Of a DNA stretch of 32,000 nucleotides, positions 1 through 9,500 are shown piece after piece; position 1 is the first letter of the stretch, and each line of letters opens with the position of its first letter. Source of the DNA: Halomicronema hongdechloris C2206 (GTDB lineage: Bacteria; Cyanobacteriota; Cyanobacteriia; Phormidesmidales; Phormidesmidaceae); the NCBI RefSeq assembly GCF_002075285.3, contig NZ_CP021983.2:2310001-2342000 (forward strand), written 5' to 3'. The notes below the pieces were generated by a model. That model was not told where the DNA came from. It ran no database searches and saw only the letters and a program-made list of their open reading frames with translations. Made by a program: the position numbers and the translations under genes.

Positions 1-20
1 GGATTAGCCTGGGGCAAGGG

Positions 21-3000
21 TTAACTTAAATCCAACCGTTCCACGCCATCCCAGCCCGGCGGAAACCCTGTGTCGCGATAGGTCTGGCACCGTTGAACAT
101 ACAATTGGGCCGCTTGATCTCGGGGATTTTGCGCTAAGACGTCTTGAAAAATCGGCTCTGCCTCGTGAAACTGCTCGGCGTAGTAGAGACACACCCCTTG
201 TTCGAAAGTAGTGCGGGTAGCCACCTTCAGATGGCGTTGTTGCTCGTTGTCGCCATCAAAGACATCATAGATTTCCACCGGATTTTCCCTCCCCCGCACC
301 CGGACTCGATCCAAAAAGCGATACTGATAGCGCACTGGATTGGCTAAATCCCCTAAAGTATCGCCGGTGAGGGTAATATAGTTGCCGTAGAGCTTAGTGA
401 GTCCCTCAACGCGGTTAGCCAAGTTGACTGAGTCGGAAATCACCGTGCTTTCCATGCGTTCCTCTTCTCCTACGGTCCCTAACATCAGGTTGCCGGTATG
501 AAGACCAACCCCAATGCGTATGGGCAACATCCCCCCTTGAGATTGCCGCTCGACATTGTAGGCAACGACCGTCTGCTGCAGGGCAATGGCTGCCGTCAGA
601 GCATCGTCTGCAGATTGGGGAAATAATGCCATGACGGCATCGCCGATGTACTTATCGATGAAGCCGCGGTGCTGGCGAATGACTGGCCCTACCCGTTTCA
701 GATAGGTATTGAGAAAATCGAAGTTCTCTTTGGGGGAGAGCTGCTCCGAGAGGGCAGTAAAGGCACGGATATCGGCGAACATGACCGTCATCCGTTTAAG
801 CACCTGATCGCCAAGTTGCACGTCGAGGATGCTGTCTCGCTCTAGAAATTGTAGGAACTCATGGGGCACGAATCGCTCGTAGGCCTGGTTGAGGGCTGCT
901 AAATTGGTATATAGATTGGCGTTCTCGATGGAAATTGCCACCTGGGCACTGAGAATGTTAATCACCTCCAAGCGACCGGGGGTAAAGGTATCAACGGTCA
1001 GGTTATTTTCTAAATACACCAAGCCCAGCAGCTTACCCTGGGTCGTTAGAGGCGCACACAGCAGAGACTTGGGCTGATGCTGAACCACATAGGGATCGTG
1101 GACAAAGGGACCCTGCTCGGTCGCATTGGCCAATACGACACTCTCTCCAGTCCTGAGCACATAGTTGACAATATGTTGAGAGAGGTGCGTCACCTCGCCC
1201 ACTGGCGTTGCTTGCAGAATCTGAACGGCATCTCGATCACTCCACCCCTCGGCTTCGATGGTAGGAGCACCGCGATAGGTTAAGACCAGCACGACCCGTT
1301 GAGCCGCAGCATTTTCCAGCAACGTATGCACCATAGTAGTTAGGAGCTTGTCGAGTAAGATTTCGCCGGAGAGGGCTTGGGTAGCTTTGATCACGCTTTT
1401 GAGATCTAGATCTCCTGGCTGACTATTGGTAGACCCGTAGGAGGATACCGAGGGGGTTAAGGTGTCGCCAGCCCCAGGGAATAGACCATCTAAGGTTCCC
1501 CCCAGAAAGGGATAGGCCTCATCTAGGGATTGCACTTTGCTAATGGCGCCCCATTGCAGGTAGGCATAGCGGGCTTCGATGCGATAGGCCCGACCAATGA
1601 CATCGAGACCGCGGCCGTCGTAGAAGTCGGCAGCTAGCTCATTGGCTAAGGCTTCATTTTGTAGGTAGCCTGCTTCTCGGGCACCTCGAATGGCTTTCTG
1701 ATAGAGGCGCTCAGCTTGGGGAAACTGGTGTTTGAGCCGGGCCATTTCTGCCTGAATCAGGTCGGCTTTGTGGCGGAAATTAGCCGGGCTGTGAGTGGCC
1801 CAGCGATGGAGTTTTTGCCAGTGCCGCTGCAAGGTTTGCCAGATATACTGTCGGCGGGCGGGATCCCGTTGGCGCTGGTAAGCTGTCACACAGCAGAGGG
1901 CGTAGTAGAAGCTGTGAGCAGCCACACGATATAACCCCATGGCGGCGCCAATGGTCTTATCGGCTTGTTGGGCGGCGGCTAGGGCGGCATCAGGGTCATT
2001 GGCTAGGAAGCAGAGCAAGGTCTTGGTGACGTAGTACCAGTTGAGGGCTCCCACCAGCCCAGGCTGGGTTTGCAGCAGGTTGAGATGGGCTGCCTCGTCA
2101 AAGTCGGCGTCACTGAGGTTGGTAGCGCTGTTGGTATTACCCTGCAAACAGCGGGCCACCTGGCGAGTAACCACTAGAAAGGTGGGAGTGTACTGCTCTT
2201 TCACCTGCTGGGCATGGATGAGAAAGCGCTGGGCTTCCGATTCGATTTCGACCAGTTGTCGTCCCAAGAAGAACAACCGCATGCTCAGTACATTGTTGGC
2301 ATAGCAGGCCCAGATTAGATCGCCGGCATCCATGCCAGCTTGGTAGGCGGAGCGCAGATAGGTTAGATCGCCTTGGGCGGGTTGAGTCCAGGGATGGATA
2401 AACCCACCGAAGAGGAAATGGGTTTTGCATTTTAGAGCTTTGCTATTAGAGGCCTCGACCAGTTGAATGGCGAGCTGGCCAAACTGATAGCGATTTTGAA
2501 ATTCGCCTAGTTTTTCTCCCAGCAAGCGGCCCAGGCCCAGATAGGCGACGGCTGAGGCCGGGGCATTGCCATGGCGCAGGGAGAGGCTGGCCATCTTCAA
2601 ATAGAACAGGTTGGAGGCCTCCATGTCGGTGTAGTAGAGGGTCGGGATCACCTGGGCCATGAGGTTGAGCTTGGCTAGCTGCACAGGATCTTGTAGAGGA
2701 GACCGCTGCAGCAACCGAGGAATCCGTCGCCCCAGGAGGTGCCATTTGATCCATAGCAGCTCTTTCCACACGGCCAATTTCACCTGCTGCGGGGTGGTGG
2801 GGACGCTCCAGCCCAACTTAGCGAGTCCCTCATAGCCTAGATGAATGACGTCTGCAAATCGGCCCAGGGTGGTGTAGAGCACAATCTGCAGGCCATAGAT
2901 TTCAGCGATATCGACCAGCGTGCGGGCGTGCTCAGTCAAATGTTGGAATAGCTGCTGGGCTTGGTCGAAGTGGCCGCAGAGGTATTCACACTCCAATCGG

Positions 3001-5396
3001 TCTTTGTTGAGGGTGTAGGTGAGGGTGTAGTGCTGATCCCAGGCAGAATCTGACAGCAGGGCCATGCCTTGGCTGAGATAGGCCAGGGCGGCATCGTAGG
3101 CGACGGAGGCTTTGGCTTTTTGACCGGCTTTGAGGTTGAGCTGGGCTAATTGTAGGCGTTCGCTTGTCTCGGTAATGAGGGGAGCTCCATAGTTGAGCTG
3201 GTTCACCAGGTTGAAGAGACTGGCGTCTTGGTCGGAGATCGGCTGGTTAGCCAGCAGCAGCCGACCGATCTTTAAGTGGATGCTCTGGCGCTGATGCTCG
3301 TCGGTAAGCAGGGCATAGGCGGCCTGTTGGACCCGGTCGTGCAAGAAGCGATAGGTGACTCGAATCTCTTCAGAGGGATGGGCATCGCTATGGGCTAAAT
3401 GGGGAATGATGCGGTGGGTGTCGGCTAGGGGGGTGATTAGGTTAGTTGCGATCGCATCATCTAGGCCCTGTGCCACCCGGACCAACGGCTGCTCACAGAT
3501 GACAGCCAAGATCGCCAGATCGAACTGGTTGCCGATGCAAGCGGCCAACATCAAACAGTGTTGGATGGCGGCGGGCAACTGCCGCAATTGGCCCAAGACC
3601 AGATCCACCACATCATCTGGAATACTGGCCTGGCGGATATCCTGTAAATTCCAGTACCACTGACGGCCATGGCGACGAATCAACCCCTGCTCATGGAGAT
3701 AGGTCAGCAGCCGCGTCAGGAAAAAGGGATTGCCATCGGTCTTCTTGACAATCAGCTGAGCCAGCTGGTCACACTGCTCGATGGAGCAGCCCAGGGTATC
3801 GGCCACCAGCTGCGTCCCATCCACCAGACTCAGAGGTAGCAACACCAACCGCCGTATTGTGGCCTGCTGGGCCTGCAGTTCCCGCAATGAGGCCGTCAGC
3901 AGATGGCCATCGGCGACCTCATTGTCGCGATAGGCACCAATCACCAACAGATGGTGCAAGCTCGGCGATAGCAGCAACTCCTGCAGCAACGACAACGACG
4001 AAAAGTCAGCCCACTGCAAATCATCCAAAAACAACACCAGGGGATGGCTGGCCTGGGCAAAGACCCCGACAAACTGCAGAAATACTTGCTTGAACCGATT
4101 CTGCGCCTCGACGGGAGACAGGGGTTCTAAGGGAGGCTGAGGGCCAATGATCAGCTCCACATCGGGAATCACCTCCAGAATGACCTGGCCGTTTTGGCCC
4201 CAGGCCGCCATCAATTGCTCCCGCCACTGGCTGATGCGCTCGGGACTGTCACTGAGCACCTGCCGCACCAGGCGTTGGAAGGCCTGGATCAAGGAGGCGT
4301 AGGGAATATTGCGCTGCAGCTGGTCAAACTTACCGGTGATGAAATACCCGCGCTGGCGCACGATGGGCTTGTGGATTTCATGAATCAGCGCCGACTTGCC
4401 AATGCCGGCAAAGCCGCACACTAACATCAACTCCACGGCCCCCTGACTGACCCGCTCAAAGGCCTCCATCAATGACTGCCGCTCCCGCTCCCGGCCATAG
4501 AGCTTTTGGGGAATGACGAAGCGATCGCAAACGTCTAACTGCCCCAAGGGAAACTCATAGATCTGCTTAGACTGCTGCCACTGATCCCGGCAGTAAGTTA
4601 AATCAGCAATCAATCCCTGGCTGCTCTGATAACGGTCCTCCGCCGTTTTCGCCATCAGCTTCAAGACGATATTCGATAGGCAGACAGGCACGGCCGGATT
4701 TAACTCATGGGGCGGGGTGGGCAGGCGAGCGATATGGCTGTGCACCAACTCCAGGGGATCGTCGGCAGTAAAGGGCAACTGCTCCGTCAACAGCTGATAG
4801 AATGTCACCCCCAGGGAATAAAAGTCGGTGCGATAGTCCACCAGCCGGTTCATGCGCCCGGTTTGCTCAGGAGACATATAGGCCAGAGTGCCCTCCAGGC
4901 TATCGGGGTTGCCCACCTCTTGCCGCTCCTGAGAAAAGCGGGTAGACAGCCCTAAATCAATCAGCTTCACCTCGCTGGTCTTGGGATTGATCAAGATGTT
5001 GTCGGGCTTGATGTCTCTGTGGATGATTTGATTCGCGTGCAGTTCTCCCAGACACTGGGTGATGCGGATGGCTGTATCGAGGAAGGTGCCGACATCTCGG
5101 GCCAACTCCCCAATGACCTCATAGATGGGCTGGCCACCGAAGTCTTCTAAAATCAGGTAAATAATATTATTGTGCCGCTCCAGCCGGTAGGGCTTGGCAA
5201 TGCCGTCGAGTTCCAGCCCTTTGGTAATTTCATATTGGTGGCGGAAGCGGGCAATGTCTCGCAGGCTAGGGTATGCCTGCTTGAAGGTCTTCAGAATGAT
5301 CGACCCCTGGCCCAGGTCTTCATAGGCGCGATAAACGACTGACCGGACCCCCTCATATACTTTTTCGATAATTTGATAGCCAGGGATGCTCAACAT
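21..5396 (-). CDS. Multidomain signalling protein: N-terminal Ser/Thr protein kinase, AAA/STAND-type P-loop NTPase, TPR-like helical region, GAF domain, class III adenylate/guanylate cyclase catalytic domain, C-terminal TPR
   Basis: Uninterrupted 1791-codon ORF. Kinase motifs are HRDIKPDN, DLG and GTLAYMSPEQ. The P-loop is GFAGIGKS. Cyclase-homology motifs are MFADIRAFT, KYIGDAVMALF, GLHTGNLMLGTVG and VNLANRVE (about nt 230-800). A TPR-like tail lies at the C-terminus. Confidence 0.9.
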   Translation of the reverse strand: MLSIPGYQIIEKVYEGVRSVVYRAYEDLGQGSIILKTFKQAYPSLRDIARFRHQYEITKGLELDGIAKPYRLERHNNIIYLILEDFGGQPIYEVIGELARDVGTFLDTAIRITQCLGELHANQIIHRDIKPDNILINPKTSEVKLIDLGLSTRFSQERQEVGNPDSLEGTLAYMSPEQTGRMNRLVDYRTDFYSLGVTFYQLLTEQLPFTADDPLELVHSHIARLPTPPHELNPAVPVCLSNIVLKLMAKTAEDRYQSSQGLIADLTYCRDQWQQSKQIYEFPLGQLDVCDRFVIPQKLYGRERERQSLMEAFERVSQGAVELMLVCGFAGIGKSALIHEIHKPIVRQRGYFITGKFDQLQRNIPYASLIQAFQRLVRQVLSDSPERISQWREQLMAAWGQNGQVILEVIPDVELIIGPQPPLEPLSPVEAQNRFKQVFLQFVGVFAQASHPLVLFLDDLQWADFSSLSLLQELLLSPSLHHLLVIGAYRDNEVADGHLLTASLRELQAQQATIRRLVLLPLSLVDGTQLVADTLGCSIEQCDQLAQLIVKKTDGNPFFLTRLLTYLHEQGLIRRHGRQWYWNLQDIRQASIPDDVVDLVLGQLRQLPAAIQHCLMLAACIGNQFDLAILAVICEQPLVRVAQGLDDAIATNLITPLADTHRIIPHLAHSDAHPSEEIRVTYRFLHDRVQQAAYALLTDEHQRQSIHLKIGRLLLANQPISDQDASLFNLVNQLNYGAPLITETSERLQLAQLNLKAGQKAKASVAYDAALAYLSQGMALLSDSAWDQHYTLTYTLNKDRLECEYLCGHFDQAQQLFQHLTEHARTLVDIAEIYGLQIVLYTTLGRFADVIHLGYEGLAKLGWSVPTTPQQVKLAVWKELLWIKWHLLGRRIPRLLQRSPLQDPVQLAKLNLMAQVIPTLYYTDMEASNLFYLKMASLSLRHGNAPASAVAYLGLGRLLGEKLGEFQNRYQFGQLAIQLVEASNSKALKCKTHFLFGGFIHPWTQPAQGDLTYLRSAYQAGMDAGDLIWACYANNVLSMRLFFLGRQLVEIESEAQRFLIHAQQVKEQYTPTFLVVTRQVARCLQGNTNSATNLSDADFDEAAHLNLLQTQPGLVGALNWYYVTKTLLCFLANDPDAALAAAQQADKTIGAAMGLYRVAAHSFYYALCCVTAYQRQRDPARRQYIWQTLQRHWQKLHRWATHSPANFRHKADLIQAEMARLKHQFPQAERLYQKAIRGAREAGYLQNEALANELAADFYDGRGLDVIGRAYRIEARYAYLQWGAISKVQSLDEAYPFLGGTLDGLFPGAGDTLTPSVSSYGSTNSQPGDLDLKSVIKATQALSGEILLDKLLTTMVHTLLENAAAQRVVLVLTYRGAPTIEAEGWSDRDAVQILQATPVGEVTHLSQHIVNYVLRTGESVVLANATEQGPFVHDPYVVQHQPKSLLCAPLTTQGKLLGLVYLENNLTVDTFTPGRLEVINILSAQVAISIENANLYTNLAALNQAYERFVPHEFLQFLERDSILDVQLGDQVLKRMTVMFADIRAFTALSEQLSPKENFDFLNTYLKRVGPVIRQHRGFIDKYIGDAVMALFPQSADDALTAAIALQQTVVAYNVERQSQGGMLPIRIGVGLHTGNLMLGTVGEEERMESTVISDSVNLANRVEGLTKLYGNYITLTGDTLGDLANPVRYQYRFLDRVRVRGRENPVEIYDVFDGDNEQQRHLKVATRTTFEQGVCLYYAEQFHEAEPIFQDVLAQNPRDQAAQLYVQRCQTYRDTGFPPGWDGVERLDLS

Positions 5397-5792
5397 GCTT
5401 GCCGTTCATCCTTACGGCCAGGAGGGAACCTGATCCGACCGTCGCGACGCAGTGATTTCACTATACATCCAAGCACCCTGACTTCCGGGGGTAGTCAGTT
5501 ATCCTCTAGGTCGGCAGAGCAACCTGAAATCACCCACATCACAGTTTTATAGTAACTGCTTCACCGCTTGAGGCGGTTATGGACTAGATAGCTCTAAAAT
5601 TTAGGGCTTTGATGCGCAAAACTATCCACCTAATACAATAGCTCATCGGTGGCCCATGCTATCGAGGTGTCTCAGACATCACCCGCGGGGCTACAGTGTA
5701 GGCATAAAAGTTACTACTCCCTAGGCCATATTACTGCTCTTAGCCTTGTGTCCGAAAATTGGGAGTCATTTCAGGGGTTGTGCAGATTGGTC

Positions 5793-8700
5793 TCAGGTGC
5801 TGAAGTATTTGGCCACGGGATGGTAAGCAATGATGGCTGTCGTCGACTGCTCTGGATACAGTTGCTCGCTTTCATCCATGGTCATGCCGATGCGATCGCA
5901 TGCCAGCAACTCCAGCTGCACCGCCTGGTCCTGAATATTGGGGCAGGCCGGATAGCCAAAACTATAGCGGGAACCCTGGTACCGTTGCTGTAAGACCTCT
6001 CGAATCGTCGCCGGTTCCTGGTCTCCATAGCCTAGTTCCTGACGAATACGAGCATGGCACCACTCCGCCATCGCCTCCGCCGTCTGCACCGATAGGCCGT
6101 AATAGTACAAATAGTCCGTGTAGCGATCTGACTGAAACAGCTGCTGAGCATACGCCGTGGCCACTTCTCCCACCGTCACCGCCTGCATGGGAAAGACATC
6201 AAATTGGCCGGGCTGTGCCAACTCCTTGGGCAAGAAGAAATCAGCAATACACAATCGCCGCATCGATTTTTGCCGGGGGAAGTCAAAGATGGCGATGGGC
6301 TCCGGAGGAGCCATCTTCCCATCTACCACCGACGGATCATAGATATGCAACGAATTCCCCGCCGCCAGACAGGGAAAATAGCCATAGATAATCTGGGGGT
6401 GCAGTAGAGCCTCCGTCTGCACCCGCTGGGTCCACTCCGCCAAGATTGGATGTACCGTCTCCTGCAGGAAGGCCTCATACTCTTCCCGTGATTGCCCCTT
6501 CTGCTTGCGGAACTGCCACTGTCCCACGAACAGAGCCTGCAGATCTAGATACCAGAACACCTCATCTAAGGGAATATGCTCCGGATTCAGAATCCGCGTA
6601 CCCCAGAAGGGGGGAGTTGGTCGCGGCATCGTCAAATCTACGGCCTCAGAACGGCGCGTATCTGGCAAGGCAGTCGTGGCGTCTACCTGCTCTTTCCCCT
6701 CTACCGGCTGGCCACTGCTGTCCCCCTGCTGCTCTCGGTTTGCTACCGCCTGTTCTGCCTTGTCTTCTCCGCCTGCCTGTGCGTCGACTTCATCCAAAAA
6801 GCCCTGCAGATCATCCCAATTGGTTGCTGCCTTGGCAGGCATTAGTTTATCCATGAAATGCAGATCCGAAAAGGCGTCCTTGCCATAGACCACTTTGCCC
6901 TTGTAGGTATTCTGGCAGTCTTGGTAGACAAATTTCGGCGTCAGGGCGGCTCCCCCCAAAATCACCGGTACTGTAATGCCTTGCTCATTGAAGACCTCCA
7001 AGTTGTCTTTCATGAACGCCGTTGACTTCACCAGCAGACCGCTCATGGCGATGCAATCGGCATTATGCTGGCGATAGGCCTGGATAATGGCATCCACCGG
7101 CTGCTTAATGCCCAGATTCACCACCTTATACCCGTTATTCGACAGGATGATGTCCACCAGATTCTTGCCGATATCATGGACATCTCCCTTAACGGTGGCG
7201 ATGACCACGATGCCTTTACCGGAGCCATCGCTGTCCGACTTCTCCATCAGGGGCTCCAAATAAGCCACCGCAGCCTTCATGGTTTCCGCTGATTGCAGTA
7301 CAAAAGGCAACTGCATCTGGCCGGAGCCAAACAGTTCCCCCACCACCTTCATGCCGTCTAGCAAAAATGTATTGATGATATCTAAGGGCTCATAGGTCTT
7401 GAGGGCCTTTTCCAGGGCCTCTTCCAACCCAATCCGCTCGCCATCGATGATGTGCTGCTTCAGCTGTTCTTCAATGGGCAGATCCTTGGCGATGGCCTCC
7501 TTCTTCTTGACACTCTTGCCCGCAAACAGCGTTGTCAGCTTAGTCAGCGGGTCATAGGTGCAGATATCGCCGTCATACTGGCGGCGGTCGTAGATCAAAT
7601 CTCGGCAGATCTGCTGGTGCTCTGGTTCAATCTTGGCCAGGGGGAGGATTTTAGCGGCACTGACGATGGCCGCATCTAAGCCGCGCTCCATGGCATCATG
7701 CAAGAACACCGAGTTGAGGGCGACTCGGGCCGCAGAATTGAGACCAAAGGAAATATTGGAGACCCCCAGCACAATATGGCAGCCAGGCAAATTCTCCCGA
7801 ATTAAGCCCACCGCCTCCATGGTGGCTTTACCATTGCCCCGATCCTCTTCGATACCGGTGGAAATCGGCAGCGCTAGCGTATCAAAGAAGAGTTCATGGG
7901 CTGGAATGCCATACTCCAAGGCGGCTCGATAGGCCCGCTGGGCGATCTGGAATTTTTTCTCAGCGGTACGGGCCATGCCCTCTTCATCGATGGTGCCCAC
8001 CACCACCCCAGCCCCATAGCGCTTGGCTAGCTCCAGCACCTTCAGGAAGCGTTCTTCCCCATCCTCGTAGTTGGTAGAGTTGAGGATGCACTTACCTCCG
8101 GCTACCTTCAGGCCCGCCTCCATCTTGGTCCACTCGGTGGAGTCGAGCATCAGCGGCAGGGTGACATTGGTGACTAGGCGAGATACCAACTCATGCATAT
8201 CCCGTTCGCCATCCCGGCCCACATAGTCCACATTCACATCCAGGACATGGGCCCCCTCCCGCACTTGGGAGCGGCCCAGGGCCACGAGGCCATCCCAGTC
8301 CTCGGCATTCAGCGTCTCCCGGCATTTCTTAGAGCCACTGGCATTCAGCCGCTCACCAATGATCAAAAAGGAATTGTCCTGGTCGTAGGGTTGGGGACTG
8401 TAGATCGAAGCCGCTGCTGGCACATAGTTGAGGCGAGGCCGAGGCTCTGGCCAGGGTTCCTGGCTGGGCTGTAGCGCTAACCGTACGGGACGCTGCTTCA
8501 GGTGCAGATCCTGGGCGATCTCGGCTAGCTGCTGAATATGCTCGGGCCGGGTACCGCAGCAGCCGCCAATGATTTGTACCCCTAAATCTTCGACGAAGTG
8601 CATCAGGGCCATGCGCAGCTCCATCGGCGTCAGGCGATAGACTGCTTGCCCCCCGACGTTCTCAGGCAGCCCAGCATTGGGAATACAGGACACCACGAAG

Positions 8701-9440
8701 GGAGAATGCTGGCAGAGATATTTAATGTGGTCCTTCATCAAGTCTGGGCCGGTGGCACAGTTCAAGCCCAGGATGTCGATAGGGTAGGGTTCCAGGATGG
8801 TCAGGGCGGCTGCGATTTCGGTGCCCACCAGCATGGTGCCCTGCTGCTCCATGGTCACCGAGACCATTAGGGGAACCCGCCGGGCACCGGCCTCAAACAC
8901 CTCCATGATGGCATTCAGGGCCGCCTTAATCTGTAAGACATCTTGGCAGGTTTCGACGATCAGCAAGTCAACGCTGCCAGCCAATAGCCCTTGGGCCTGC
9001 TCTACGTAGGCCCCCTTGAGGGTATCGAAGTCAATATGGCCGAGGGTGGGTAACTTAGTGCCGGGTCCCATCGATCCAGCCACGAAGCGGGGCTTGTCCG
9101 GGGTAGAACAGTCTGCCGCCACCTGCTTAGCCAATTGAGCCGCCGCCCGATTGATCTCATAGGCTCGATCCGCCAGGTCATACTCCGCCAGCACCACCGA
9201 GGTACCGCCGAAGGTGTCCGTCTCAATCACATCGGCACCGGCCTCTAGAAAATCTCGGTGCACCTTGGCCACCGCCTCTGGTTTGGTGATCACCAAATAT
9301 TCATTGCAGCCCTCGTATTGGGGACCGCCAAAGTCGTCGGCAGTGAGGTTCTGCACCTGTAGATTGGTACCCATGCCGCCATCGAAAACGATCACGGAAT
9401 GGTCTGGACTTTGGAGTCGCTCGAGGAAGGCAGTGACCAT
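5793..9440 (-). CDS. metH: Cobalamin-dependent methionine synthase (5-methyltetrahydrofolate-homocysteine methyltransferase)
   Basis: 1215-aa ORF containing all MetH modules: Hcy-binding ([19 protein letters not shown]), pterin-binding, B12-binding ([12 protein letters not shown]) and the AdoMet activation domain. The length is typical for MetH. Confidence 0.97.
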   Translation of the reverse strand: MVTAFLERLQSPDHSVIVFDGGMGTNLQVQNLTADDFGGPQYEGCNEYLVITKPEAVAKVHRDFLEAGADVIETDTFGGTSVVLAEYDLADRAYEINRAAAQLAKQVAADCSTPDKPRFVAGSMGPGTKLPTLGHIDFDTLKGAYVEQAQGLLAGSVDLLIVETCQDVLQIKAALNAIMEVFEAGARRVPLMVSVTMEQQGTMLVGTEIAAALTILEPYPIDILGLNCATGPDLMKDHIKYLCQHSPFVVSCIPNAGLPENVGGQAVYRLTPMELRMALMHFVEDLGVQIIGGCCGTRPEHIQQLAEIAQDLHLKQRPVRLALQPSQEPWPEPRPRLNYVPAAASIYSPQPYDQDNSFLIIGERLNASGSKKCRETLNAEDWDGLVALGRSQVREGAHVLDVNVDYVGRDGERDMHELVSRLVTNVTLPLMLDSTEWTKMEAGLKVAGGKCILNSTNYEDGEERFLKVLELAKRYGAGVVVGTIDEEGMARTAEKKFQIAQRAYRAALEYGIPAHELFFDTLALPISTGIEEDRGNGKATMEAVGLIRENLPGCHIVLGVSNISFGLNSAARVALNSVFLHDAMERGLDAAIVSAAKILPLAKIEPEHQQICRDLIYDRRQYDGDICTYDPLTKLTTLFAGKSVKKKEAIAKDLPIEEQLKQHIIDGERIGLEEALEKALKTYEPLDIINTFLLDGMKVVGELFGSGQMQLPFVLQSAETMKAAVAYLEPLMEKSDSDGSGKGIVVIATVKGDVHDIGKNLVDIILSNNGYKVVNLGIKQPVDAIIQAYRQHNADCIAMSGLLVKSTAFMKDNLEVFNEQGITVPVILGGAALTPKFVYQDCQNTYKGKVVYGKDAFSDLHFMDKLMPAKAATNWDDLQGFLDEVDAQAGGEDKAEQAVANREQQGDSSGQPVEGKEQVDATTALPDTRRSEAVDLTMPRPTPPFWGTRILNPEHIPLDEVFWYLDLQALFVGQWQFRKQKGQSREEYEAFLQETVHPILAEWTQRVQTEALLHPQIIYGYFPCLAAGNSLHIYDPSVVDGKMAPPEPIAIFDFPRQKSMRRLCIADFFLPKELAQPGQFDVFPMQAVTVGEVATAYAQQLFQSDRYTDYLYYYGLSVQTAEAMAEWCHARIRQELGYGDQEPATIREVLQQRYQGSRYSFGYPACPNIQDQAVQLELLACDRIGMTMDESEQLYPEQSTTAIIAYHPVAKYFST

Positions 9441-9500
9441 AACTTTGGAGTGGGCTACTTTATAACACTTTTATAACGCTACCAAATCCTCGGCCTGGAA

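Noticed and set aside
230-800. The cyclase domain as a Pycsar/CBASS-like antiphage nucleotide cyclase
   Set aside because: The cyclase is embedded in a large kinase-GAF signalling protein, and no adjacent effector gene (TIR, TM or nuclease) lies within the visible window. The architecture fits sensory signalling.
144-4955. Many 60-100-aa plus-strand ORFs inside the kinase/cyclase gene (for example 144..347, 2041..2304, 3355..3663, 4707..4955)
   Set aside because: They are antisense to an uninterrupted 1791-codon ORF with clear domain motifs. Their compositions are typical of antisense GC-rich coding DNA.
5649-9465. Plus-strand ORFs antisense to metH (for example 5900..6391, 6446..6856, 6505..6888, 7633..7932) and the minus-strand out-of-frame ORF 9002..9226
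   Set aside because: They lie entirely within the confidently identified metH reading frame and show no motifs. They are high-GC artefacts.
9441-9500. Possible cobalamin riboswitch or leader upstream of metH
   Set aside because: Only 60 nt separate metH from the preceding stop codon. That is far too short for a B12 riboswitch, and B12 riboswitches normally control metE or transport genes rather than metH. I saw no B12-box.
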